A stretch of DNA of 64,000 nucleotides, from assembly GCF_006345805.1 (NCBI RefSeq), contig NC_043006.1, positions 87,234,001 to 87,298,000 of the forward strand, written 5' to 3'. This DNA is from Octopus sinensis (Eukaryota). Positions 1 to 13,003 of this stretch are shown in pieces. Below the pieces are notes generated by a model. That model was not told where the DNA came from. It searched no databases and worked only from the letters and a program-made list of their open reading frames with translations. The translations under genes were made by a program, and so were the position numbers. The first letter of the stretch is position 1, and the number at the start of each line of letters is the position of its first letter.

Positions 1-495
1 ATGCACCTTCACTCTCTTAACTGTAGAGAAAAGGAGTGAAGTGATAGAGCCAGGGAAAAGAAAGCCTCAGTCATTTAAAATGATAATTTGACTGAAATAT
101 GATCGGTCTTTTCTAGCTTCTTTGCTTTTAACAATGAAGAAGAGGGAAAGCGACTGAATTGAGGGAAAGTCTTTCTAGTGTTTAGGTTTCTATTCTGGGA
201 GTTCTAGAAGGATCCAGTGTTAGTTCTCTCTTCTTTGCCCCATTCTCCAGTACTTAATCACTTTGCTTGATAGTTCTTCATGTCTTTTAGTTGGTGGGAA
301 AGACCATGTTGTTTTTCAGGCATGTTTAACATTTTCTTTACAAACTACAAACAAGCACCCTCCACTTCCTTTTTTTTCCATACAAAAACTAATGCAAATT
401 TTGAACTGGATATAACTGTGAAGAGAGCCCAGAAAAATGGGTAATAACCCCTAAAAAATGGGTGGGAGAGAAAAGTTACCAACAGGTGTCTATAG

Positions 496-806
496 AGTGT
501 CTTGTACTATAGCCTCGGGACAACCAAAACCTTGTGAGTGGATTTGGTAGACAGGAACTGAAAGAAGCTTGTCATATGTGTGTGTGTGTGTTTTGTATCT
601 GTGATTGTGTCCCCCTCCCACCATCGCTTGACAACCGATGTTGGTGTGTTTGCATACCCATAACTTAGCCATTCGGCAGAAGAAACTGATAGAATAAGCA
701 CCAGGCTTACAGGGAATAAATCCAGGAGTCCATTACTTCCACTAAAGGGCGGTGCTCCAGAATGGCAACAGTAAAATTACTGAAACAAGTAAAAGAATAA
801 AAGAAT
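496..806 (+). mobile_element. tRNA-derived SINE, family B (5'-truncated)
   Basis: Contains tactatagcctcgggacaaccaaaaccttgtgagtggatttggtagac...gactgaaacaagtaaaagaataaaag-like body; matches fuller copies at 47193 and 54153. Confidence 0.85.
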
Positions 807-1117
807 ACCAGAAGAACATTCTGTACCATTAAACCAAGACGGTTCTTTGAATATGTATGATGTATTTTAAGGCTAAATAGTTATTCTGTTTATGTTTGTG
901 TAACTGAGATATTTTGGTTGGATTTTATAGTTATCGGTTTTACACTTCTTTCTGTATTCTGTAAGTGTCATAATATGGAAAGATTTCTCATGGCACCAGC
1001 TCAAAATATACAAATGCTTACATTTGTTATATTTTCCATGAAGTTTTCACAGGTCCAACCAGTAAAATATGATTCTTACATTGGAAAGTACAAATAGGTT
1101 GTTTGGTTGAGTATAAA

Positions 1118-1235
1118 GGCAGAAGTATCTTAGAGTGGTTATATAGGAAGTTGATTGTGAGATTCGTTATAAAGGAAGTCGGTTGCAAGATTGGCTACAC
1201 AGGAAGTAGGTTGAGAGACAGGCTATAGAGGAAAC
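1118..1235. repeat. degenerate 28-bp tandem repeat (~4 units)
   Basis: ggaag/ggaaa recurs at 1146, 1174, 1202, 1230 with similar intervening sequence (gttg..aga..ggcta.a.a). Confidence 0.6.
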
Positions 1236-1714
1236 TATTAGCTAAATTACTTATTGAAGGAGAGAGTGCGATACCAGGAATGGAATACAATATAAGATAT
1301 CAGCATGCGGCAATACTACAATAAAAAAGACAAGTACACCCATGCACACATACATGGATACCCACAAACAAGCAACAGATACATTGAATCAAGCACAGAC
1401 AGACACAACAGCATGCTCACAGAAACACAGACACACACACACATGGAAAGAATCAACTTAACTTTACACCCACACGAATATAATATAGACACACAGAAAC
1501 AAGCACCTACAGATACAAAGACACACCCACAGACACAAAGACAATTTCAAATATACATTCAAATAATCATATACACACAGGAACTAGCATACACAGATAA
1601 TCGTTTACACAAAGGCAGCATACATAGATAATAATATACACACTAAAAAAACAAGCATATACATACACACAGTCATACATAAACAAACTCATACTCACAG
1701 ACACAAGGATATGC

Positions 1715-2020
1715 ACATACACACAGATAAGTAATACAAACATACAAGTAATACAGGTCCATACACATAAAGACACAAAGACAAACACAGTTAAACATAT
1801 ATAACCAAGCATACTGAAACACACACACAGATAAGCAATACAAGCATATATAGGCACGTCCATACACATAAAGACACAAAGACAAACACAGTTAAACATA
1901 TATAACCAAGCATACTGAAACACACACACAGATAAGCAATACAAGCATATATAGGCACGTCCATACACATAAAGACACAAAGACACAAACATATATAACC
2001 AAGCACACTGAAACACAAAC
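1715..2020. repeat. 101-bp tandem repeat (~3 near-identical units) in a CA-rich tract
   Basis: gtccatacacataaagacacaaagac starts at 1757, 1858 and 1959. Confidence 0.9.
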
Positions 2021-3225
2021 ACACACATACACACAGACACACGCTTAAGATTCTTACAGAAATACGTGAATGAATCTGCCTATTTTTGTAATTTTCAAAG
2101 TCTTTCAAATGATTTATAAGCAGTAACAAGTTAATAATTATAACAGCAATACCAATGATAATTGGATGCATCTTTTAATATGATGCTATAGAACAGCCAA
2201 AGAAATTGGGAGCACAGTAGTTTTCTCCAAGATTCAAGCCTTGCAGAAAACCTTTATCTCCAACTTAATTATTAGAAACATGGTGCAAACAAAAGAAGGC
2301 TCCTTCATTTTCTTCTGTTCCCACTCTCCATTCTCCTCCACCCAACACATTTTTTTTCCAGAAAGTCAGTTAATTGACTACTCTTCATGAAAATAGTTTG
2401 CATATATTCATAGAACATGTTCATGTTAAAAGAAATACGGAGATACATTTATATTTAATGGCATTTAAAATTTTGTTTATATTCTATATATTTTTGATTT
2501 CGTTTTATTGTATCTGTAAAAGGGGGCGTGGAAGGTGGTGTAGAGAGTGTGGGTGACAGATGGAGTGTTTGTGTTGGTGGCAACAGTCATTAAACTGATG
2601 ATGATAATGATGATGATAATTATCGCAATTATGTTTGTGATGAAAATGGCAAGGATAACTTAAGACGATAATGAAAATGATAGGGTTAGTAACTATGATG
2701 ATAATAATGAAGGAATCCATTATAAGCCTGTGTATGTATGGATGTATGAATTGGTGGGCTGATGTGGGCATAGGCATAGTCAAGTGGTTGAGAAGTTCAC
2801 ATTATAATCAAGAGATGCATGGTTCAATTTCACTATTTTAGGAAAACATGTGAACAAGAAGAAATCTTCAGTAAATTACAGACCTTGGGTAAGAGAATTA
2901 GAGAAGAGGAGAAGTAGAGAGATTTAGACTGGGACAATGTACACTTGACAAATCCTTAGAAGTGGAAAAACCAATGTAATATAGGTGTGAGAAGGAAAAA
3001 GAAAATATGGAACATTGATATAATAGCAGTTGTAATCAAATAGGTAATGAAGTCTTGGCAATTAGTTGTAATGACAGATATTGTTGTTTAGCTGAGGTCA
3101 ACTCTAATGTAGCAGACTTATGATCAATGGCATTCCAGCTAAGACCATTCCATCTACTCTGCAGTACCTAGTACTACATTATCTAATGTTTCTTTCCTTT
3201 GTTTATAGAAGTGCAGTACAAATAT

Positions 3226-3546
3226 ACTCTTTACTCTCTTTTACTTGTTTCAGTCATTTGACTTCGACCATGCTGGAGCACCACCTTTAATCGAGCAACT
3301 CGACCCCGGAACTTATTCTTTTGTAAGCCCAGTACTTATTTTATCGGTTTCTATTGCCGAACGCTAAGTAACGGGGACATAAACACACCAGCATCGGTTG
3401 TCAAGCAATGCTAGGGGGACAAACACAGACATACAAACACACACACGCATATATATATATACATATATACGACGGGCTTCTTTCAGTTTCCATCTACCAA
3501 ATCCACTCACAAGGCTTTGGTCGGCCCGAGGCTATAGTAGAAGACA
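3226..3546 (-). mobile_element. SINE family B
   Basis: Reverse complement of the family B body; very similar to 54153-54570. Confidence 0.9.
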
Positions 3547-4099
3547 ATATGTCTGTTATTTCTTACAATCTCAGAGATCATATAGAGATTCCTTTATTTA
3601 TTCTATATTAGTAACTTTTTAGATATGTAGCTGTTATACTGTACCAAATATCTGTCCAGTACTTTACTGAAAGATGCACTCAGACCTTGAGAAAGACAGC
3701 TACTGTTCAAAGCTAAAATAGTTTCATGTTGTGAAATCTTTTAGGATGCAATGTTGGTCTATGAATGGTTTCCATGAAAGATAAGCAACTATTGTGCTCA
3801 CTAGCCTTTATAGACTCATTTTGTATTGCACATACATAGTGAGCATCTAGTTTTGTTTTTTTCATGTGTATTGAATACATATTGGTGTTGTTGAAGGACA
3901 TTAAGCTGCTAGGATCCCATGGTGGATTCTTTTGTGCTTGTTTTCTTTGAAGTTGAGGATTCTTGACAATTAATTGATATTTATGTCTGCAAGGTTAAAG
4001 AAAGACGATTCTACAAAGGTGTGTGTTTAAAGGCAACTGCAAGTAGCTACATATATAGAAAAGGAAGAATTTTGTGAACATAAGTGAACATTAGTGGAC

Positions 4100-4560
4100 A
4101 TCTGAATTGATAGAATGAGGAGCAATCTAATGGAAACAATCTAATTGAAAATTTTTGTTTCAAATAATACAAGAGAAGCAAGCTCATAAGAAGACAGCTC
4201 TGAGAGGAGATTCTCACTCTAAGCTCAATTGAAGGCTTTGCAGATATCAAGAGCAAAACATGAAGCTTTCTAAATTTTTGAGGAACAAAAGACCACTGGA
4301 CTGTAATGAATGAAAAGTTGGCCCCAGTCAATCTGGCATTGAAGAAACCATATAAAGAAGGTGATCACTTATAAAGTTCTTTGAGATTTTTGAGATATTA
4401 GGAGTGAAGAAAATAGACTAGTAGCTGGCAGGATCTAAAGACTTTAGGCTTTTGGGAATTAGACATAAGCTCTTGTTTCCATAAATACATTTAATTTCTA
4501 GGATAAATTGTTGAAAGTATTGGGTAAATAAGAACCATTCAATGATAGTTTTTATAAATG
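4100..4560 (-). pseudogene. decayed non-LTR retrotransposon reverse transcriptase (CR1/L2/Jockey-like)
   Basis: Minus-strand frames give IPKSLKSLDPASY*SIFFTPNISKI, YGFFNARLTG and FALDICKAFN*A*SENLLSELSSY, matching the RT motifs DPSNYRPISL, QYGFR..RST and LDISKAFD. Confidence 0.7.
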
Positions 4561-4825
4561 ATATCTATACATGATTCATATGAAAGAAGTAACATCTTAA
4601 ACAACATCTCAATAGCTAGAGAGCAGTTTGTGCAAAGTCAGTTTGACTTATGGTTTTCTATGAAAGTGACAATAAAAAGCCCTCTGTGAATGATGATGTA
4701 AAACCTGAATACTACAACAAAGATATAGAATGTACCACAAAACCTTCCACCAAAAGCTGTAGCAAAGTAGTGACAAGAAAGAGTAGCCAGCAAGAAGGGC
4801 TGACAGTGGGAAAAGAGAGCTAATA

Positions 4826-5042
4826 TTCCTTTCTATTCAGGCACAAGGCCTGAAATTTTGGGGGAGGGGGCCAGTCGATTAGATTGACCTCAGTATGCAA
4901 CTGGTACTTAATTTATTGACCTCCAAAAAGATGAAAGGCAAAGTTGACCTCAGTAGAATTTGAACTCAGAATGTAAAGGCAGACGAAATACCACTAAGCA
5001 TTTCACCAGGTGTGCTAACGTTTCTGCCATCTTGCTGCCTTA
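4826..5042 (-). mobile_element. SINE family A
   Basis: Reverse complement of ggcggcgagctggcagaaacgttagcac...gagttcaaattc...ctttgcctttcatc consensus, with A/B-box-like motifs. Confidence 0.85.
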
Positions 5043-5673
5043 AAGAGAGCTAATATTGAAAATATGATAACCAAATCACATATGAAGAGGATAGCAAGCC
5101 TTGTGACCATTCCCAATGCCTAAATTCCTGAGGAAGTCTTTTAATCTGAGTTGCAAATATGAGTCCATAGGTAAATGAGATGGGGTGGGGGAAAAGAAAC
5201 AGATCAGCTCAGAAACATGCTAAAAGGGTGTAAGATGACATACATCCTGTAGGAAGAACTGACAAATAAATCACATTGTCTAGCAGTGAACCATAGCAAA
5301 AGGTTTAAGAAGCAGACTAAAAGAACTGAACAAATTAACACTGATCAATGCTACCAACAGCAGCAAGAACCAGTAACTATGATAGCCACCCTGTATAGGC
5401 ACCCTACATACAGAGGAACTTGTGGTTTTCAAATTGGTTGTTAACTCCTAGATGACAGTATCAAGAGGTTCATCAATGGCAATATATATATATATATAAT
5501 AGTGGTACAACAAAGCACCGATGTTTGCTGGAAATAGCAGTTGATAACAATACAATGCTATGTAAAGCATCACTGAATACATACTGGCAAAGATGTGTGT
5601 GAACAATGAATATAAAAGATTTTCATCTTACCTCTAGTGAGAACACTGGCTAGATGAACAACCTAGAGTGGAT

Positions 5674-5762
5674 AATCTAGTACTCGAGTTTCAGACTTTA
5701 TTTATTAGAATTTATGAGAACACCTGTTCGCATAAATTCAGTTAGTCTCCATCGGTTAGATT
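5674..5762 (-). ncRNA. type I hammerhead ribozyme with long stem II (decayed core)
   Basis: RNA sense: aatctaa CCGATGG agact [aact gaatttatg cgaacaggtgttct cataaattc taataaataa] agtct GAAA ctcgag TA ctagatt. Confidence 0.7.
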
Positions 5763-6057
5763 CCTCAAACACAAAATTTAAAATATTCATTATATCAATG
5801 CCAGGATATTCGGTGGAACACCTAGCCATAAATAGAACCAAAATCAGTGAAAAGGTTTCATATAAAAGTTATAAATATTATTGTAATACAATAGTATAAT
5901 ATTTTCGCGCTAAATAGGGCAACATAAAGGTAGAATTACAAATAGAAAATAGTGGTACAACAAGGCACCGATGTTTGCTGGAAATAGCAGTCAACAACAG
6001 TTCAACCGAATATTTTGGCATTGATGTAATGGATATTTTAAAATTTCATGTTTGGTG

Positions 6058-6132
6058 AATCTAGCTGATGAGGACTAACAGAATTTACAATAACAGGTGT
6101 ATTAGGAAAGCCTGAAACTCGAGCACTATATT
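6058..6132 (+). ncRNA. type I hammerhead ribozyme, partner copy (decayed)
   Basis: aatctag CTGATGA ggact...agcct GAAA ctcgag CA ctatatt; core intact but U16.1 mutated to C. Confidence 0.7.
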
Positions 6133-6391
6133 ATCCACTCTAGGTTGTTCATCTATCCAGTGTTCTTACTAGAGGTAAGATGAAAATTTGTTATATTCGT
6201 TACCTAGACCACATCTTTACCAGTATATATTCAGTGAAGCTTTGAAATAGCATCGTTCTATTATCAAATGCTATTTTCAGCAAACATCGGTGCCTTGTTG
6301 TACCACTATTTTCTATTTGTAATTCTGCCTTTACAGTACAGTGCTCTACTTAGCTGGAAAATAATACTATTGTCTAGCAATAATATTTATA

Positions 6392-6429
<38 letters not shown>

Positions 6430-7321
6430 TCACAAACACACACACATGACATTATATTATCCCTCTGATGGTCACTCCTTGTCATATTGGAGGGGCTTGC
6501 ATAGACTAATAACTGAGAGTAATGCTGTCAGTTCTAAGCTCCAGGTTAGTCCATATACAAGGACCCAGACTTAGCATGGCCAACTCCCAAAGACCCCAAC
6601 AGTGGAACAAGCGGATGATGATGATTACAACAGGTCTTAACAGTTGAACCAGCAGATGAAGAGGGCTACGCATGACAAATATGCTACAGAGGGTGCCACT
6701 CAAAACTATAGCCAGGTCAGCAGCACTCTGTTGGAGTTCCATATCTGGATCCTGCATGTTTCATTCCATATTTGCCACAGAGGAAGGTCATGAATTCAAA
6801 TGTATGGTTTACTTCCTGGAAAGCACTTTCTCCTACTCTGATATTCTTTCACCTCCAACCAACTCTTGCAAAGCCCGACAGTGATAGAAAATGGATGACT
6901 TGGCAGTGAATATGTGATGGTCACCTTCCTAAGATCCAGAGACATAATATTTATTACCATCATCATTTCACGTCTGGTATCTATATTGCAACATGTTGCA
7001 CAGATCAATAGAGCCTGAGTCAGTTTTTATTTGGAGACACCTATCTCCTAGATGAGTTAGAGGACTATATCCTGCTCATGCATTTCATCATTTACTTAGG
7101 TCCTGCAGCTGGACACTACTAACGCTAACCCCTTTACATTATGCAATGGATGCAATGTTTCATGGAACCAGTCTGAGAAAGTTTAGCATGTCCTTAACAA
7201 GATTGTAGACAGACAGACAGACAGATAGTTTTTAGTTTCAAATATGTATTGTTTTTCCTTCATCACAATTGGTTTTTCACTTTGTTTTTTACCTCCTCTC
7301 ACCTTTTATTATCCCATACAT

Positions 7322-7356
7322 TTTTCTGATGAAGGGCCATACCCAAAATGTTAAGA
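7322..7356 (+). ncRNA. degenerate minimal hammerhead motif in a PLE-like fragment
   Basis: tttt CTGATGA a ggg ccata ccc AAAA tg TT aaga; GAAA mutated to AAAA. Confidence 0.45.
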
Positions 7357-8109
7357 CACTTCCTTTTCCTTCTCACAAAACATGAGCCTAATAGCAAAAT
7401 TATTATATGTTGTTATTTTCATAGTCTTCTATAGCCCCACCTCTCTCTCTCTCTCTTTTCCTAATTCGTGACACAACTCTTTTGAAAATTTATTGTGAAA
7501 TCAGTCAAGTGTATTCCTAAATTTTAAAACAATTAAATTCTTACTAATTCCAATTTTCAACTTCATTTCCTCTTCTGTTCCTCAACTTGTTTGGAAAATA
7601 ACAATTTAAATATATATATATATATATATATGGGAGTTACAAGCAGTAAAAAATAGTGTACCATATATAGTAGATTGTATTTATCAAGGCTAAATATTCA
7701 TTCTGTCTCTAGGGTTCTTTCTTTGTCTGTCTGTCTAACTATCTATATATTTATCACTAGTCTAGAACTTTGTAAATTTATTCAACCCATGACAGTATGA
7801 GAAGATGGAAGTAAATAACATCAAAAACTTATTTATCTCAGATTGTTGCTGAGTGTGGTGTAAGAACGAGCATGTTTTTTTTTGTCTGTTTTTAAATTAA
7901 TAAAAAGACTTTTATGATATAAACATTGTTCTTTATTGATTGGTTGATTAAGAAAATGGATGGCAATTTATGACAAAACAAAATTATTATAAAAGTGATA
8001 AAAAAACCTGAAAACACCATTATTTCTCAAAATATCCATTTTGTTTTGTTTTGTAAATGCAATTTGTACTTCTAAACACCAGAAAGTTTCCTTTGTAACA
8101 CACACACAC

Positions 8110-8165
<56 letters not shown>

Positions 8166-9168
8166 CAGATAGACAGATATACAGACAGATATATACATAG
8201 CTATATAGATGTATACATACATTTATAACAAAATGTCCAATCGTTCAAGCATAACTTGGCTGTTGTATCATTGAAACAAACAACAGCACCGTTCAGCTAA
8301 GGAGATAATAGAAGGAAATTTGGCCAACAGTCAATGTTAACACAATATAACATTTATAACATTTATACAATAATAGTATAACATTTATATTATAGCACCA
8401 TACCAAACAAAAGATGAGAGTTTTACAAGTTTCCTGACTAATCAAATAGCAGAATCACATCCACAAACACATTCACGCATTTTGTTTTTGTTTTTCTCCT
8501 TTGGTTATAGATGTTGTTGTTGTTGTTGTTATTGTTTTCCTTGTTATTCTGGTTGTTGTTGTTGCTGTTATGTTGTTCCTTTAAATGTTTGGATATTCGT
8601 GAACAAATATAGGAAAGGAAAGGAAAGATATCACAAAGGAAATTTTGTTCCTTTGAGATTGCATCCTATTATAAAAAAAAAATTCAGGCAAGTAAATGAT
8701 GATGATGGTGATGATGATGATGAAGATGATTGTGATGAAGATGAGAAATATTATTATAATGATTAATATGCTGATGAGATTGTGATGATGTTTGCAATGA
8801 CAATAGTGTTAGACACAATGAGGATGAAGATGATGGTGATCATGACACATTGTCATCATTGTAGTGATAATAACAATAACATTACGTTTCATTTTAGAGC
8901 AGCAGACAGGAAAATAATAACAATTTCTTTGAAAGCATGAAATCAGATATTTATAAGGGGGTTGGGGATGGTCTGAGGAGGGAGCAGGGTTGTGAATGCA
9001 TATCGAAACAACCAAACAGAAAAATTGTTGAAAAATTATATTTTATTTTGGGTTTTCTTTTTAAAGCAATAAAATTTACACAGGTAGAAGTACACAAGAC
9101 TAGTTATTCTAGAGAAACTAAAGAGTTCAGTGAACATTTACATCAAACATTTTCAGACAGAATCTTAC

Positions 9169-9358
9169 CATTTAGAAATCTGAAAATAGAGGTCACAAAA
9201 AACACTAGAATCGTCTAAGATTTCAGCTTCCACAGGAAGAGGAAACTGATCTTGATCTGGGTGTAGTTTTGACTGAAGATACACAATGCAGTCAAAACGC
9301 CAGTGGCTCAGAGACCCCACTGCATCACTGCAACAAGGTAGTAGGGATGTCAATGAAG
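9169..9358 (-). CDS. candidate internal coding exon of an unidentified host gene (190 nt)
   Basis: Acceptor ttttattttatttttatactAG, donor aaatg|GTAAGA; open frame SLTSLLPCCSDAVGSLSHWRFDCIVYLQSKLHPDQDQFPLPVEAEILDDSSVFCDLYFQISK in non-repetitive, higher-GC sequence. Confidence 0.55.
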
Positions 9359-10089
9359 CTAGTATAAAAATAAAATAAAACAATTTCCACCAACTTTTAT
9401 GTAAAACCATCAAGTTAAGGGTTTCTAATATTGGTGCAGAACCACAAATTAAGAGGGAGAAAAATGTCACTTATACCTTTTCTATTTTTATTACATTCGA
9501 ACTTTTCTATTTTTATAACCTTTTCTATTTTTATTACATTTGAACTATTTAATTATTTTTTTTAATCTGAATATTATGTAGCAGATGGACAGTGGGTTGG
9601 CAAAATCATCAAAAATCAGAAAAATACTTTGCTGTCTTCTTTTCACTTCTTTACATTCTGAGTTCAAAAACTGTCATAATCATCTTTACTTTTCATCACT
9701 CTAGGGATTGGTCCTCACCCCTCAAGAATTTTTGGTATTGTGTTCAATATTAGAAGGAAATATTTTATGTCAGATTGGTAAAACCTTTGAGCACTAAGAG
9801 GAATGCCATTAGATAATTAGTTGTAAGGTTTTACATTCTGACTCTGAATCTCACTGAGATAATATTCTTTATGCTTCTGGAATTGCAAAGTACCAGTCAT
9901 CTTCTGTAGTTAACTCATCTATCAAATTTGCACCTTGTGACTATGAAAGAAATAAGCGTAGAGTGCATGCAGTGAAATAAAGTACTATGATGCTATAAAT
10001 GTACAAGAAATGAACTCGATGCTTAATAGCACACAAACATACACTCACAGAAAACAATAAGTCCTTTTTCATTCCACTTGGATTATAAA

Positions 10090-10350
10090 GAAATGAAGTT
10101 GAAAATACACTTGAAGTCTTTAAGAAGGTTTATTTATGTTAACTTAACTGGTTTCACAATTTCCTGACTTTCAAAGTAATGTGAGATAGAGGGGCATGAA
10201 GCTATACCATAAGGGTAAAAGTTGAGGTAGTTATATCATAGCTTCATGTCCTTCCCTTTCACACTACTTTTGAAAATCGTTGATTTATGGAATGGGTCAA
10301 GTTAATATACATCATCTTAAAGATGTCAAGTAAATATTTTTCAATTTCCA
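10090..10350. repeat. old imperfect fold-back (MITE-like)
   Basis: gaagttgaaaatacacttgaagtctttaaga pairs with tcttaaagatgtcaagtaaatatttttcaatttc; ttcaaagtaatgtgaga..ggggcatgaagctat pairs with atagcttcatgtcc..tcacactacttttgaa. Confidence 0.7.
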
Positions 10351-10882
10351 AGTGTGTGTGTGATAATACTGATTTACAATATCTTGTTTCACCAATGGCT
10401 CACTGGAGATTGGCAGGTTAAGAAAGGGGGACATTGACAAAAAATTGGTAAGAAATGATGATGTAAGAACAAAATTGTAAGATTACAAAATGAGATTGGA
10501 AGAAAATAAATATTAAATCCTTATTTGTTGTGTAAAATTGATGTAATTTTAGAGTAAATCGAAGAAACCATTATATTCAAAGGAATGGAATGAAAAATAA
10601 TAGACTGGCAATGATTTAAAAGGGTTTTATATTACTGCTGAAGCTGAATATTTTAAAGTATCAAATGTACAAGAAAGAAAAATGTCAAAGAAACATAACT
10701 CTTGTTATTTATCTAAAAGAGATAAAAACATACATGAGTATATGATGTACATTTGCTGATGTATGCTGAGTCAATAACAAATTATCAGGCCTACATAAAC
10801 CAGCTAGAATCAGAATGGTGATATACAAAGTCACTTTTTATATGTTCTGGCAGATTTGAATGAGATTATGTCAATCACTATG

Positions 10883-11110
10883 GTCGGCGAGCTGGCAGAA
10901 ACGTTAGCACGCCGGGCGAAATGCTTAGCAGTATTTCGTCTGCCGCTGCGTTCTGAGTTCAAATTCCACCGAGGTCAACTTTGCCTTTCATCCTTTCAGG
11001 GTCGATAAATTAAGAGGGACCAGTTACGCACTGGAGTTGATATAATCGACTTAATCCGTTTGTCTGTCCTCTGTGTTTAGCCCCTTGTGGGTAGTAAAGA
11101 AATAGGTATT
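10883..11110 (+). mobile_element. SINE family A, full length
   Basis: cggcgagctggcagaaacgttagcacgccgggcgaaatg...gtgggtagtaaagaaatagg. Confidence 0.9.
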
Positions 11111-11403
11111 TCAAATTTGGAGAACAACTTCTTCCAGAAGATGTGAGATGACAATACACTCAATTCATTGACTTAATGTTTGGTTGCAAAATATTTCTAA
11201 TTATTTCTATAGAGGCCGACAAGAATAATTGCTTCAATTAGACAAATTAAGATGTGTTTTGTGAGCTGAGCCTAGTTTCTTTAGAGTGTATATGTGTGTT
11301 TTTATTTGAATTTTGTGTGTACATGCACGTGCATTTTAATTCCCAAGTATGATTGCATCATGATTCAATTATTCCTTCGTGTTTTATGAAAGCTCTTGCT
11401 TCA

Positions 11404-11640
11404 GCCAGTGGTTAGGGCAGTGGACTCGCGGTCGAAGGATCACGGTTTCGATTCCCAGACTGGGCATTGAGTGTGTTTATTGAGCGAAAACACCTAAAGC
11501 TCTTTCAGTCCAACTTTCTCTCACTATTTCTTCCTGTTTCTTGAATAATGCTGCAATGAACTGGCATCTCATACACCATAGAAACCGGGAAACTGGGCCC
11601 ATGAGCCTGGCTAGGCTTGAAAAGGGCGCATAAAAAAAAA
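11404..11640 (+). mobile_element. tRNA-derived SINE, family C
   Basis: cagtggttagggcag (A box), ggtttcgattccc (B box), tttattgagcgaaaacacctaaagc, A-rich tail; homologous to 60636-60945. Confidence 0.85.
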
Positions 11641-12287
11641 ATCTTGCTTCAGCATTCAGTCACTAAAGAAAGGAGGTAGGTGTAAAAGTCAAATTCTCTA
11701 TTTCGATGTTTATGCCCACCCTTACATAGTGATGAATCTTGGGTAATGACTGAAAGAATGCAAACGCAAACAGAAGTGGCTGAGATGGGGTCTCTCTGAA
11801 GGGTGTTTGGAGTAATGTTACTTAAAAGATTGTACAGCACTGAGATTAGAGAGGCACTCCAGGCTGAGCCACAACTTCAAATTGAGAGATTCTATGAACA
11901 TGTGGTAAAAATGTCTCTGGAAAGAATTGCTGGATAGGTTTTAAGAGCAAAGCAACTGGCATATGTATGTATATATGTGTGCATGTGTGTATTTGTGCAT
12001 GCACATGCATGCATATATACATACATCAACATCATCAACAAGGTATTTTAGTATGTATGCATATGTGCAGATTTGTATGTTTTGTTTTATGTATGTCATC
12101 TCATGCATATACTTGCATATCTAGACAAGCTCATAAATACTTCAAAGATAAATTTCGGCAAAGTTTTACAGATTTTTACAGTTCCAGTGATGGACTAGAT
12201 CTGTAGTCTTCAAATCAGCTTTCCCCTTTCTGGTTTTGAGAAGCCTAATTTCTCAAGGTTAGTATTTAGGCAGTGTGTTACATATCC

Positions 12288-12318
<31 letters not shown>

Positions 12319-12971
12319 GTAGAGCATACCTGAAGATGTGGACAAAGACTGCTAAAAGAAAACTTCCCATTTATTCATACAAAACAAATTATTTAACTTG
12401 AACTAGATTAAAAAACTTCAGATTACGATTCAAATCCCATATAATTAATTACTTCAACACCTTCTGAGGCACAGGTAATAACTAGTTTTGCTGAATGTGA
12501 AGCATAGTGTAAGATATCAAATCTTGTTAAAGTGTTTTATATTGTACATATATTTATATTATAAGGGAGGTTCTTTGAAAATTCTGCATGAACTATATGT
12601 ATACAGGACAAAATCAAATGAAAGGAAACCAGCCTCCTTTCAGTATTGCTTGGAAATGGGATCAGGCTACATGGTAGAATGGGTCTGCTGCACAACACAT
12701 GTTGGCTTCATCTTACCCAAGCAGAATATCAACATAAAGATTTATCCAACAGAATACAGAAAATTACAGTAATGTGTGTGTGTGTGTTCATATACATAAA
12801 AGCATTCACACATATATATTTATATGTGCATGTATGTACACACACACACACGCATGCACGCACATATATATACAGAGTTCAGTGTCCTGTCCAACGAGGA
12901 ATATATACAACAGAGAGAACAGGAAACCAGCTCCATGCTCTTTATGGAGTAATTTGGACTAGCTAACCCAT

Positions 12972-13003
<32 letters not shown>

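Larger units (their letters stand above)
5498..6385. mobile_element. Penelope-like pLTR fold-back (inverted arms ~5498-5815 / ~6005-6310, plus partial direct copy 5925-5992)
   Basis: Arms are reverse-complement homologous, each carries an HHR motif, and the unit is bounded by (TA)n. No ORF seen, so PLE origin is inferred from the HHR architecture. Confidence 0.75.

Noticed and set aside
12150-12290. Possible hammerhead (ttgaaga...ggaactgta) on the minus strand
   Set aside because: I could not build consistent stems I-III by eye.
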